Shown piece by piece: positions 24,059 through 38,100 of a stretch of 64,000 bases of DNA. Made by a program: the position numbers and the translations under genes. The notes beneath the pieces are model-generated. The model was not told the DNA's origin and did no database searches. It saw only the letters and a list, made by a program, of their open reading frames with translations. Every line of letters starts with the position of its first letter. Position 1 is the first letter of the stretch. The stretch covers positions 11,842,001-11,906,000 of the forward strand of contig NC_092674.1 in assembly GCF_964355755.1 (NCBI RefSeq), written 5' to 3'. Origin of the DNA: Antedon mediterranea (lineage: Eukaryota; Animalia; Echinodermata).

Positions 24059-24885
24059 TCTATATATAAATTTACGTAAGGAAAAAATTCGGTAAATCGT
24101 GCGTTATTCCTAGAATGTTTACTCGATGATAAAGTTGGTTAGAATCTCGGTACTGGTTTTTACCACCTGATGTAACCCTGTTTACTAATTAAATTTAGTC
24201 AGATAATTAGTTATTAACAATTAAAACGAATTTAGGTTCAATTATTTGCCCCAAATAGGGGTGTTGGTTTAACACAAGTAGGTAAATTTATGAGCCCTTG
24301 GAGAATAAACTTAAAACTGAGATATAGCAAAACTTTGACATTATTGTAAATACGTATTAACCATTTTTGGTCGCCATTTGAATCGAAACTTTCTTAGGGT
24401 GAATGTGGTTACTGTTAGATATATAAACACAGATACAAAGAACATGTATTACTGTTACCGTGGGTATGCTCTACTGCTGGATATATAAACACATAATATA
24501 CAAATAAGAAACTGTATTACTGACAGCTGCTTCTCAACGTTTATATTAATACTTAATTATAAACAATATAAACTTCGTAGTGGTGTATCGTTACATCCTC
24601 TTCCCTATCCCTCAACCCTAATGTTATATACAAAACACAAATTGGGTTTGTTTAAATGAGTTCAAATTAAAAAGTTTCTCCTTCTTCGGAAGTAGGTCTA
24701 ATTACCATGGTGCTAATTTTAGTTGACTACATAAATCATCGTGTCTATTTATTCGTTTCTGTAAACGACAATGTTCTATAGTCCTGCGGTAGGTACATTT
24801 GAAATCGCCAGTTTTTCGTTGTTTTTTTTTTTTAACGCTGAAATTACTGTGTATTCGAGAACCATCCGTGGACACGACCATCTAG
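24059..24885 (+). mobile_element. Non-autonomous Helitron, shorter sister copy
   Basis: Same TCTATATATAAATTTACGTAAGG start, CTAG end and A|T site; the terminal hairpin is absent. Confidence 0.8.
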
Positions 24886-26424
24886 TTTAATTAATTACAA
24901 TAAATTCAGTTTTAAAAATAATATGTTTTCATTTTAAAAAATAAATATTAACTGAAAAAAATGCAAACATAGATTTCTATAGCAGTACTAACAGTTTTAA
25001 ATTAATCAATTAAAACTAAAAACCTACAAAATATGATTCCTTTCATACTTTATATATATATATCCAATGGCAAATTTATATATATATATAAATAATCCTC
25101 AGTCAATAATAATCAAAGAATATCCCTTGAAAATAAGTGGACCTGTCCATAAAGTATTTAACTTTCATGGTACGGACGATTCCATTTACTATAATAGGGA
25201 TGTTGCGCATTTCTAACTAATATGTTTTAAAATACTTCAAAATAATTAAGTAGGCCTACCTATTATTAATTCTTCGGAACGTTAGGAATGGTAAATATAT
25301 TAATCATATTTATAATCAATGTTGGTTAAATACAATATATAGAAGATTTAACCTCCGTTAAGCCAAAATGCTACTGACAGTCACAGGTTAGCCTCACTCA
25401 GCCCGAGACAATGGAACTAATGGAATGTGGCTTGAGAATCGAAAAACATGTGCCTACTCTTTTCTTTTTCCGTTCATCAATTCTCAACCAATCACTTTAA
25501 TATGTTAACAATATGTACTTTAAACATTATATTTTTATTTTATATGTGTCTTTGATTTAAATATTGGATCAACCTACCGAAAAACCGAAGACAATTTTTG
25601 AAAGTTCACCAATTCTGTTCTAGACATCGTCCACAACTCTATTCATGTTTCCAACTCAACATTTCAAAGATAGTTTGTTTTACTTGTTTACAACTGTATA
25701 TATTTTTAATGTAGTGTATTGATATTTTTAATGTTTTATATATTGTATGTGTTTTTAAGCATCAAGGAAAACCAATTTCATGCTCGCCTTGTGTTCATGA
25801 CAATAAAGATTTATCTTATCATATTTTATCTTAACCTGGGACATGATTTGTTGACAACCTAAAGCCCTTGGCAATCTAATTGACAATCACCTCAGGTTGT
25901 TACGGAAACTCCAATAAAAAAGCATCATACTTTTAGATCTCCAAATGGGCGGTCATAAACTGAAAACAGGGATTTCCCTCATCATGTTCAAGAGGTGGCC
26001 AGCTGTATTGTTGTATTTCATTGAATAATTTATATTTCTACGAATTTTCAACAACATAATAAAAATCTACATTTACATTATAACTCACATCCATGCGTTT
26101 TTGTTTTTTCTGTCAGTATTGTTTATTGGCGATGTGTTAGTACAACTTTGCTCCCATTGCAGTGCACGGTAGTGGAGCCCTTGGATTAGCCTTGGGTGGA
26201 AGGTGCTGATGCTCAACATACTGCCATGAAGTATCTGCGTATACTTTCATGGGGAGCATCGTTGTATTAATGGTGATTTTTGTACCTATCAGTCTCTTTG
26301 GAGACTCTTCCAGGGAGTCCTGGTTGTTTTTTTTTTATCTCAGTTTCATGCGAGTAAGTGAACATTCTTCCTTGTTTCCTGCTCTTTGGTGGGCTGCTCT
26401 TGGCGGTGCCTTGGCACCTGCCAC

Positions 26425-27007
26425 GGGCTATTTTTCTCTGAGCATCCCTGTTGTGCTTACTTAGAATTTGAAAATTATTGCTATATAACTTATATTTGCT
26501 TATGACTTTTATGTGCAGTTTTACATGGGTGAATGTTCATTTACTAATTAAACTATTTAAGCCAGAACTTATGTTGTATGCGTCTTTATTTATTATTCTA
26601 TGAGTTTGTTAATTGCCACAGTCTCCGAGTAGCAAAAATCAAGAATTGGGTTGGAAACACAATTCTATTTTGAGAACGGAGAGGGCGGGTTTTCGACCTC
26701 TTTGATCAAGCATCCTCTCTGTTAACACGATCACATTAAGTTGAAGACAATTTTCCCTCCCTCCCGCCCAATATTATGACACTTATGGCAATAGGGCTAT
26801 TTTTCTCTGAGCATCCCTGTTGTGCTTACTTAGAATTGGAAAATTATTGCTATATAACTTATATTTGCTTATGACTTTTATGTGCAGTTTTACATGGGTG
26901 AATGTTCATTTACTAATTAAACTATTTAAGCCAGAACTTATGTTGTATGCGTCTTTATTTATTATTCTATGAGTTTGTTAATTGCCGCAGTCTCCGAGTA
27001 GCAAAAA
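26425..27007. repeat. 213-bp direct repeats (26425-26638, 26794-27007) around a 120-bp copy of 21129-21248
   Basis: Near-perfect identity by eye. Confidence 0.9.
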
Positions 27008-28089
27008 ATAAATTTAGTGGTTGGTTGAGATTTTCCCGACAGAGACTGTATGTCCATTGGCGCGATATAAATAAACAAAAACACTAACAAATGCTGCTTT
27101 GAAAACTTAATAAACAAATAGTTGGGTCAGTACCTACATATTTAAGGGTACTCAAATAAATGAAAGTAATTATCTATAATAAAATGTGTCATTCTTTAAT
27201 AAATAAAATTACCTCTATTATACTACTCAAAGTAGACATGGCAATAATCGAAGGACTAAACAGGCCTAGAATTGAATAAGTAGATGCTTTTGTTAATTTC
27301 TCACAATGCTTATTCATCCATTCATTTCTTTTATTTCAGAATACACATTCATACAAAAAGAAAATTAATCAGAAAATTTACCATTTAATATCTACCACAT
27401 TATTTTAAAGCATAATAATAAAGTCAACATCAACACCCCCCTCCCCCCACACCCCTCCCCACGCTCCCCCCCCCCCACCCCCGACATCACTTTAACCCTT
27501 AAAAAAAATTATTTAATGTATTTTTGTCAAGAACGACAATATTCAGGTGGCGCTATATCGTGTCCAAAATAGAGACACTACTGTCCAGAGTGTGACAAAA
27601 CCTAAGATCACGAAAGCTAAGACCTCCTACAATCTAAGATCACTTAAGACCCAAGACCTAAGATTACCAATAGTTCTCTTTCGCACCTGCCTTGTATTTT
27701 AACTATAAATTTGTTAAGCAACTTTATCCTGAATACCACACATTTATAATTAGATGAAGAACAATCAATAAATAACAATAAATTCTTTAAATAAATTGAT
27801 GATTTTATAGGCGTTTTTCTTTTGCAAATTTCGTACACTCTATGTTCAATATTTGTTTCTATGGAACGTCAAAAGAGCATGTGGAATCCATCTATTTAAC
27901 TCATTTTTTGGTGGAAATCATGTTCAATTCAATATATTTTGTCACTTTCAATACAGATAAAATGTTTCTGTTGATACTTTAATACACGGTTTCGTTAACT
28001 TTAAGGATAAAATTGGCAAATTCCTCATATCCATCAGGTCGCCCTTATGACTAGGTCTAGGGTAAGTAGTGATGCTGATTTTATGATCG

Positions 28090-29015
28090 ATTAATATATT
28101 TTGAAAAAGAAAAGTATCAGCAGTAACATATTAGATCATTTTTATTGACAAATTGACAAAATATTGAACAAATTAAACCTGCCTTTCATCAATAAATGTA
28201 TTAATGTAGATGCATTCCATCGAGTTCTTTCCCTCTATTATTGTTGCTCTTTTTTAGAACGAAAATACTGAACGTTATGAAAATCACAAATTTGTATTTA
28301 TAAATAATACAAAGTATTTATTTGTTACTTTTTTTTTGTCTTGTGTGATTTCATCTCACGTTTATTTATATTCTCATTGGTGAATATATTATAATACATA
28401 TAAGTACATTTGTGACAATTAAAAGTAAGTATTTAAAGTAGTTAAAATACTGGTATATTTACATAATAAGTAATAATACATTATCCTTAATTATGTCATT
28501 CATTGTTCTAAGGCCTGCATTTAGCCAAACTTTGAAATAGATTGAGATTCCATTTACCTGTATACATTTATTTTCTCACAATTGTTGGTTTTTAACGTCT
28601 TCAATGTTTAGTGGATCGGACCAGTTAAAGTTGTAAATATTTACTATAGCAATTAGTATTTCTATATAAAAAACAGGCAATAGTTTCAGATCAGAATGAT
28701 CTTCATTATTAATCTGATTGATATTAACAGTATACTTAATAGGGTGCATAAAATAATTCGGTATACATTTCCAATTTCCTGGATCTGGGCTAAGGAGTCG
28801 CTTAACCCAGTTTAACTCCAATGTTTTGACTTTTGCATTAAAATTAATCATATTTAAACCACCTTTATCTGTTTTTCTTTTGAGTGTGGTTCTTTTAATC
28901 TTTTCTCGTCTACCACTTCACATAAAACTATGTATTATCTTTTCTATCTTGGGCAAGATATATTTTGGTATGGTTATAATCCTAGCATTGTATATTAGTT
29001 TTTGTATTTTCATCG
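28090..29015 (-). mobile_element. Tx1/L1-clade LINE ORF2 C-terminal fragment
   Basis: ...KIKRTTLKRKTDKGGLNMINFNAKVKTLELNWVKRLL...W (ORF 28576..28851), decayed. Confidence 0.75.
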
Positions 29016-29023
29016 GTCCTTAT

Positions 29024-31700
29024 CTAATTGAACGCACGACATTCAAATAAAAAGTGTCTTGTATTTTCTTTACAGTTATCACTAAAAAGTTTACAAACAC
29101 CATTACATTCTGGTGTCCAATTATATATTCCACCTTCAAGCGGGAGAGTATTTGATCGTAATTTAAGATTTACCCCCTCAAAGTCTGTATTATCTAACAA
29201 GTAATTCTCAAGATTAGGAATTTTTTTTATTGTAATATAATCACTAAGTGAAGACTTACTGGTTACTTCTTCACTCCAATTCTGAATTGAAGCTTCACTA
29301 AGGGCTTGTTTGACTACAGAATGTATTGGGAATATCTTAGGAGTTACGAATACAATCAAATATATCACTGGCGTTACCTTTCTTAAATATATTATCTATA
29401 CAGCTTAAAATCTTATAATTGAAATCATTAAAATCACAATTGAAGGCAATTAAAGAATCAAGTAATAACCTCTGCCAACGACTTTATTCCATCTTTAAAA
29501 CTCGATCTATGAAATTAATTCTGACATTTTTTTGTAAGTCTGATATAGGTATCCAGCCAAGGTCACCGTATAATGCTGTTCGTGGAGTATTACGAGATGC
29601 TTTCAAAATGCATCGGGCCATTTGAAGTTTCTCGGTATCGCAGCTACTACCGCACCACACAGAACATGCATAGTTAATTGAAGGAAGAGCGATTGCTTTC
29701 CACAAGATATTACCATAATATACTCGATTTAAGTTATTGCAATGGTCAATGATGGATTTTATATACGCAATAAGGCGATTCCCTTTCTTAATTACATTAT
29801 CAATATGAAAGTGATCTTTGAGGTTACGAGATATATATACGCCCAAATATTAATAGTGATCTACTTCTGAAATACCATGGTTACCTAATTTCCACATTTT
29901 AGTTTATCAGTACGCTTGCCAATAACCATGACATTGAACTTTTCATAATTAAATTGCAATTTCCAAACATGTTAAAATTGATCTTTTGTGTTCATTGCAA
30001 TCAAGACAACATCATCAGCCCAAAACAACCCCCCCCCCCCCCTAACCAAATATAATTAATTCTTACACCAATATCATGGAATCTCAGAAGTTTTGTAAAC
30101 TCATTTATAAATATGCAGAACAAGAACGGTGAAAGGACACACCCTTGTTTTACATCTTGTTCAATACTGAATGCCTCTGTATATATATCTCCAAATTTGA
30201 CATGTCCTTGAATATTTTTATACAACAATAGATCTATGATTTTCCAAACACGTCCTCCAATGCCAGAGTTTCATACGGCTTTTAAAATGTCGTTTCTCCA
30301 TACCGTATCAAAGGCTTTTTGGAAGTCCAGGAAGGCTAAGTGCGTCGTCTTTCCTTCTTTACGACGACACGCGATAACGCTTTTTAATGTAAAGATGTGA
30401 TCTTCGCATCTATGTTCTTGTCTAAAGCCTCCCTGGACCTCCGATAAGACATTATTATTCTCAAGATAACAAGAAATGTCCAGGGAAAAACTTCTATAAA
30501 AAACACATGATGTCAGGGAAATTCTTCTATAATTATTAATGTATTTCCGATCACCTTTCTTGAAAATTGGGACTATAATACTAACATTCAATTCAGTTGG
30601 AATAGCTTCGAGATGAATAATTCTATTATATAACTCTAAAATAGAATGATACAATATTTCACCACCATTCTTTAACAATTCATTTGTAATATAGTTGGTT
30701 CCTGTAGCTTTATTATTTTTGGCAAGTGAGATTGCCTCGGCCACAATATCAAAATTAATTTCTATATCATATACAGTATCATCGTTGTTTCTTGGTTGAT
30801 CAAGTTTATCATGTCGAATTTGTTCAACAAACTTATTCGATAAAAGAGCTACTATCATTCATATTTATATTCATTTTACCTAATGTTTCCCAATATTGTT
30901 TTATAGTTTGGTTCATCATCTTCCTGTCTGATATAACCTCATTTGACCCAGGAACCCTGATACAATAAACCTTATTTAACCGTCTTAGCAGAAAAATTGT
31001 CTTAGGTAAATTTTACTTTGCACATGTGCAAACTTAAACTCTAGAGGGCAGCAAATTATGCCTTAAGATGAAAAATCCTTGCTTACGTGTTGTGCGCATT
31101 AGGTTTTTTCACTTAGTGATGGCGGCGCTATAACATTTTTTTTCCGTATTTTTACTCCCAACAAGAGAGGGCGCATTCTGGCTACTAATGTTTTTATTAA
31201 TTGAAATAGAGAAAGAGCACAACAGTCGGAAATACATACGAAAATCATTCGCTCTAAACTTAAATCAAATCTTTTATTTATTATTATCAATGACAGCGAT
31301 CTTTGGCAGTCAATACAGTTTTCTAAAAGTTAGTCAAATGGGTCGTACCTATCCCGAAAATATTAGTTTTGCTTGTCCAATTTCTAGGCCATCTTTACGA
31401 AGATCGATATCATTATTTTAGCGTCCGTAGTACAGTGGAAAACGCACTAGCGTATCCTTTCCGAATGTTCAATGTTGTCAAAAAAGAAATGAGATAAGAC
31501 GAAATTTTTCATCTTAAGGCAGGGTGTTGTAGATTTAAGACAAAATTAATCAAACATTTTTGCTTAAATATATTGATAAATCTGACTTAAGCAAAATCAA
31601 GGATTTAAGGCAAAGTTAAGCTTGCTAAGCAAGTTTGATAAATCCGGCCCCTGTATTTCTATCAAATTATGTACCATAGCTTGATTTTTTTTAAACTTAA
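29024..31700 (-). mobile_element. RTEX-like LINE ORF2 (RT and C-terminus), frameshifted and 5'-truncated
   Basis: PIFKKGD, NYRRISLTS, QGGFR, DHIFTL, LDFQKAFDTV, KQGCVLSP, WADD, and C-terminal ENTRHFLFEC in ORFs 29024-30858. Confidence 0.85.
30949..31653. mobile_element. MITE (PIF/Harbinger-like) inserted in the LINE ORF2
   Basis: Imperfect TIRs CAGGAACCCTGATACAATAAAC / CAGGGGCCGGATTTATCAAAC and a perfect internal IR GCCTTAAGATGAAAAAT (31060 and 31504). Confidence 0.6.
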
Positions 31701-31959
31701 ACTGTATATGAAGAATAAGTAGATTATTAAAAACAAATATTTAGTGATATTTTGAAATTTTAGTTTGTTTTTATTGAAAATTGTTAAGTTTTAAAATGAC
31801 TACTCCAATAAGCCTATTCCAAACCATTAGTGATCTTGGAGTCACTCAGGCAGGCTCACGCATTTTTAGTTGCGCCAGCAGCCACGCAGCGCCACCTACC
31901 GTCGTGACGTCAGCACCGTGATACGCTATTGCGATTAGTGACGTCATCATATTACATAA

Positions 31960-33370
31960 TAATCTTTATTGTCTTTCTTTCTTGTTTGTTCTTTTTCACA
32001 TACATAAAATCAAAACTAAAGACAAAAGACCAAAAAAAAAGCTTTCGCTTATTGAGTTTTGGCCTTTTAAAATAAATAAAACTTAAACTAGAACGTATAT
32101 CATTTCTGAGAAAGAAAAATCTGAAGAAAATGTATTACCTAACTACTGTCCAAATATAGTGTTCTTCTTCGTGTAACAAAAACAGCAGATTTCTCGTCAG
32201 TCATTATGTAGATCGATCCATTCAAAAGTTCTATGCTGGAAAAAGTTGTGAAATGTTACATTTTACGTAGAATACATTTTTCCGTCTACGTACCAGTTTC
32301 CATTACGAAAAACAGTTTTATGTCCTTCTTTGTAAGCCTTCGTCATAATGGTCTGAAATTTTCGCTTTGTAGCAACATCAGCTGCTGGTAAGTCGTCCGT
32401 GATATACATACCAAGTTTTGTTAGTGTTTTAACATTCCTAAATACTTCGTGCTTGTGCGGTCGTTGTATGAACTTAACAATGACTTGTCGATTTTTATTG
32501 GCCTCCGCTTTTCCTATTCTGTGTGAATTTTCAATTAAAACATGGGGTAGATTGAACTTTTTAGAAAGAATTTCTCTTACTTTATCAATTTTGGCTTTCG
32601 CCTGGAACTTCAGGTATACCACCGATAAGCACATTATACGATCGAGAATGGCGTTCAAGCTGCAATAAATGCTTCTGTAAAGTGAATATTTCACTTTTCT
32701 GAGCCTTGATTGTTTTATTTAGCTCATCAAACATCACTACATGGTTACTTTTTATTAATCCTACCTCTGTTTGAAACGGTTATTTTAATTTTTCAAATAA
32801 AAGTTCTGCAACTAGAGTTGTTTTGAATGATGTCTTCTTCAACTTCTAAAAGTTTTAACTCCAGAGCATTAACTCGTTTGTTTAATCCTTCTATATAATC
32901 AATGATCTTATCTAGCTTACCCATAACTTTTGCCCTGAATTCCTCATCAGATTTGGGCGTGGCAGCTTCCAGGCCCTTGGAAAGCGGCTTAGCACTTGGT
33001 TGTGGCGCCGGCGATGGTTGGCTTACAGATTTTGCTCCTTTTTTTCCACTCATAATTTAAAAATCACTGACCAACACTTCAGCATCCACTTTTAAAACAC
33101 TTGTAGAGACGTTTTTAGTACACCAAAATAGTTTAAATATTAATGGATCCTTCAAGTATGTACGAGTATTGACGAGAGAGAAACTGCGAACACCTTACAT
33201 GTTATACGCCCTCAAACGTTAACAATAATTATATTCAATTTTATAAAAACTTCACAGTGCTTTGACAAGAATATGTGTTGTAATTTATGTGTTCTTAATG
33301 TATTTTATTAGATTATTATTTTTTATATTAAATAATGTTTTTGAACACATTTACGGCCGCCATCTTGTTG
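31960..33370 (-). mobile_element. LINE ORF1 (coiled coil plus RRM, transposase-22-like) element, frameshifted
   Basis: ORFs 32793..33053 (coiled coil) and 32263..32694 (IENSHRIG, VIVKF, YITDDL). 5' YY1 motif near 33360; 3' stem-loop and AATAAA near 31965-32065. Confidence 0.7.
33354..33367 (-). promoter_or_regulatory. YY1-type motif CAAGATGGCGGC, candidate LINE internal promoter
   Basis: Plus strand GGCCGCCATCTTG, about 300 bp upstream of the ORF1 ATG. Confidence 0.45.
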
Positions 33371-34085
33371 GTTCCCCTTCTGTTGGAATCACTTTTCAGT
33401 CTAGAGTGCGCCCTCTAGCCTTCGGCTTTACCTCACTGATATTTACTCAACGAGCGAAAATATTGTGAGCTTATTTCTGTTTGTGATAAGTATTTGAATT
33501 TTTTTTTTATCTTATGTGGGTTCATCCCACTTTTATTTCCATACAACTGTTTTCTTTACATATATTTTTCACTATACACTATACATATCATTATATTTAC
33601 AATGTTTGTTTAATCATCTGTTTACATATACTTATTTAAAGAGTTTTATTCATTTGTTTACATATTATCACATTGATAGCTTCCTCATTTTATACATATT
33701 ATCTATAACACATTTTCATTAACAAAGCTTATTTTTTCTTACATAGTTGTTTTTGTTTTTTTTTTCATCTACATGCATATTTATTTCATACAATTATAAT
33801 ACGTTTATGTTTAATAAATCCATCCCATGGGTTTGTCCCATTTTATTTTTCTTAGGATTTATCTATGCAAACATATTTTCATTTAAACAATGCATATTCT
33901 CTGTTATACTAATTACTTACTAACTTTTTACTGTTAACATTATATTTTCCTCATCCTTTAACATTGATTTTTTTTATCTTTAAATGTTTACAAAATTTAA
34001 TTCCAACAGATTATTCTTTTTAGCATCTACAGTATAACCCATCAAAGTTTCATTTTACTTTTTTTTTCTTATGTGGGTTCATTCA

Positions 34086-34903
34086 TTTTTAGTCGCGTGG
34101 AAGCGACTCTATAGTTCACTATGTCGGTCGGTCGGTCGGTCTGTCGGTCTGTCTGTCGGTCTGTCTGTCTTTCGGTCCGGTATCACTATGCGTTTTATCG
34201 CTTTCTGACCTTATCTTGATATCAGTTTAATCTAGCTAGGTCAATTTTTCACAGTATATTCCTTATGGCCAGGAATCAATGTGGTTATGTTTTCACGGTG
34301 CGCAATAAAAAATTACGCAGTCTACGCACGATTTAACGAAATCACGTTTGTAATCATATCTTCACAACCATGAATCACAATTAAATAAAATTTAGTACTC
34401 ATAAATTTCAGGGCATAAATCATCATATGGCAATACAATTACGTGCGTAGCGCATGTAACGCATGCGTACGCGCGCTTAAAATTTTCAAAATTTATTTTC
34501 GATGAAATAAGAGTACATTTCAGGCAATTTTAAGCGTTTACAAAATTGCCATGAGTGCGCATATTTTTGTGCGCGCACTGCGTGTTAAATGTTATTACGC
34601 ACTCTTTTTGCTCGATTTCTGTTTTCTTGACTTACTTTTCAACTCGAAATTACGTTATACGAGCACGTCGAAAGTGACAGGCTACGCACGTGTAAATTAA
34701 AAAAATATAAATGTTTTTAAAAATTTCAACATTTTTAAACATGTTCAGTAATTTCGGTCAGTATAGTTCACTATGTCGGTCGGTCTGTCTGTCTGTCGGT
34801 CTGGCGGTCTGTCTGTCGGTCTGTCTGTCGGTCTATCGGTCTGTATGTCGGTCCGGTATCACTATGCATTGTAGCACGCGACTTAATGGCTGTTGGCCTT
34901 GTT
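34086..34903 (+). mobile_element. HINE/DINE-1-like element, second copy
   Basis: Near-identical to 1514-2355 and flanked by T-tracts. Confidence 0.85.
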
Positions 34904-35184
34904 TTTTTACTTATTATTTATTCTATTATTTTTTTATACATACATTATCATTTAACAACATTTATGTTTAATGATCCATTAAAAAAAGTAGACATTTTTT
35001 TTTCTTTTTAACAATTTTATCATTTCAAAATTCCACATGCAGTAAAAATGTGCATATTACATATATATACCTATATGAAAGCTTTAATGAATACACTTCA
35101 CCACTTATACCTAAACCTTAATATCCTTCATCATTTTTTTATCATCAATCTATAACAAGCTTTTCACATTTTGTTTTTTTGTTT

Positions 35185-38100
35185 TCAAATCATCAAAGTA
35201 TACATATTTACAAACATACAATATAGTAGCAAGAAAAAAAAAATTAAAAAAATTAATGATTTTAGGCCTATTTTTCCTATATAAAATGTAGGTAAATATT
35301 TCCATTTGGGATCATCGTTTTCATACAGTCTCCTGTACCATTTAACTTGGAAAGATATTAACTGAGATCTGAATTCTACCATTTTTAGACAATCTTGACT
35401 GTAATTGGCACACATGGTTTTTCTTTTTATTGTCTCTTTCTTAGTTTCCCAAATGAATTAAAAAATTAATTTATCCACCGCTTTTATTACTGTTTCTGGT
35501 ACTAGCAAAATGCTGGAATTGTATATAATTTTTGAGAGCGCTAATGTTTTTACAATAGTAATTCTTCCAAAAAAAGTGAGGTGTCTTTTCTCTCATGTTT
35601 TTAGGGTATTTTCTGATGCGTGTAATTTTTCTTTCCAGTTCTTTTGATAAAAATATTCCTTATCACGTCCAACATAGATACCTAATATCCGAATTGGTGT
35701 GGATGTCCAAGAAATATTACCATGTGTGTCCTTCCAGTCTCTTAAACTGTCAAGCCAAAAAGCATTTGTTTTATTCTTATTTAATTTTAATCCAGAAACC
35801 TCTCCAAACTTTTCAATAATACTTATGCTGTTATCTATACTATTTATATCCTTTAGAAAAAGCACAGTGTCATCTGCTAGCTGTGCAATCTTAATATCTT
35901 TAAATATACCATTGCCTGCAGGAACAATAAGGCCTTTGACCATATCACATGCTCTTATTTTTGTAGCTAGGACTTCAGCTACTAAAATAAACAAAAGAGC
36001 AGACAAGGGACATCCTTGTCTAATACCTTGGTGCATTGCAAAACTTTCTGATTGCCAACCATTATTTGTGAATATACAATTTGTATTGTTATAGAGTGCT
36101 TTTACCCAGTTCACAAATGAAATACCAAAATTGAATTTATTTAAGGCTTCTATTAAAAATGATCTATTGACACTGTCAAATGCTTTTTGGAAATCTAAAC
36201 TTATAAGTATACCTTCAAGCTGTTCATTTTCCATGTAAGTAATTATGTCCTCTATTAGTCTTATATTGTCACCACCAAAGCGACCTTTTACATACCCTTT
36301 TTGGTCATTGTTTATTATATACTTTGCAACTAGATGTAATCTTGTAGTAAGAACAAAAGAAGCTATTTTGTAGTCAATATTGAGTAAAGTGATAGGGCGC
36401 CAGTTATTTAAATCTTTGTGATCACCTTTTTTGTAAATAAAGTTGATTATTCCCCTTCTTTGTGACACAGACATTTCTTGTGTGACAAAACCATAATTTA
36501 GTGCATCACAAACAAGGTCACAGATAAGGTACCAGAAGAGTTGATAAAACTCAACTGTTAAACCGTCACTGCCTGGAGCTTTAATTTTTTTTTCATTTTT
36601 TTTTATTGCTTGCTCACATTCGAAGAGAGAGAGATGACCCTCACACATCTCTTGTTCTGCCTCTAAGAGTTTGGTTAAATTAACCTAAGATAGGTACTTA
36701 TCAATTGATTTGTAAGGAACATCTTGTTTTGCATATATTTTTTTGAAGAAATTAACCTCTTCCTTCAATATCTCTTTGTAATTTGATATAATGGATCCGT
36801 CCTGTTTTTTTGATTTTTTATCAGACATGATTGACGGCCTGATATCACATGTGTTAACATATTCACATAAGTCGTTAGATATAAAAAAATAGTCTAACCT
36901 TATGTACGTTTGGGTGGATTTCCTTCGCCATGTGAATTGAAATGTATCCGGGTTATTTTTTCTCCAGAATTCATTAAGATTCAGATTTTTCATAAAATGT
37001 TTTATTGTAAAAACAGAATTATCTACTCTATCGACACTACCTTTTTGGTCAAATTTTCTGTCTAGAGCACAATTCATGTCACCACCTATAATTATTTTAT
37101 CATTTTTGCTTTCTTTGAAGTCAATAATTGTTTTATGTAAAGTCCTAAAGTAAGAACATCGATCTTTTACATAATTTTGGGCATATGAATTAACAAGAAT
37201 GAAATAGTTGTCATCTATTTCAACTCTTAGAAGTAAAAATCTACCATTAATATCTTTGTATTGTTTTGTTACCCTGTGTTGAATTTTACTAGCAATAAAT
37301 GTGGATGTTCCTCTACTGTGTGATGAGCCAACGCAGTGGTAGGAATCACCTTGCCATATATCATTCAGTGACTGGGTTTTATCATTTGTCAAATGTGATT
37401 CTTAAATGAAGATGATATCTGCTTTGTTGTCTTTGACCCATTTAAAAATATTTGTATATTTGTAAAATAATTTGTTTTTGTTTTTTTCTCTAAATCCTCT
37501 AAAATTTAATGATAAAATGTATATGTTTGGTGTCATATGATAATTAAACATAAAAACATATTATAAACCTTATAATTTATCTTAAATAAAAAAACTAAAT
37601 TGTAATAATAAACATTTAAAGTCATATTGCACAGTATGATACAGTAGTTCTGAACTTACTTCCTTGTATCCCTTTTCCTTAGGTTGATTTTTTTTTGTTT
37701 TCTGTGGTTTATTTTCTGGTGATGTGTCCTTTAAATCTTTTTCAGTTCTACTTTCATCAGTGATAGCCCCTTTCCTTTCATTGTTACTTTTTGAGTTTTG
37801 AGTGGAAGAAACAACAAAATCTGTTACCTTCTTCTGTTCTTTGCTTTCACTTGATTCACTAATGGTCTTTTCCTCACTGTCCAAAATGATTATATTTTGT
37901 CTTTTACATGTTCTTGTTCTTCATCAGATTCACTTCCGATGCTGTCATCTGCAGTATCTTGTGAGCTGAACACTTCATCAATATCTACTTCGGTGTCTAA
38001 ATTTGGGTTTGCATTATCATGTGATTTATCTTTATCTGTTATCTTTAAGTCTCTATCTGTTATTTGTTTGGTATTGGAGTGTGCACAAATGATTCCCACA

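Noticed and set aside
27435-27483. C-rich tract with G-quadruplex potential on the minus strand
   Set aside because: Probably a low-complexity LINE 3' remnant, with no evidence of function.
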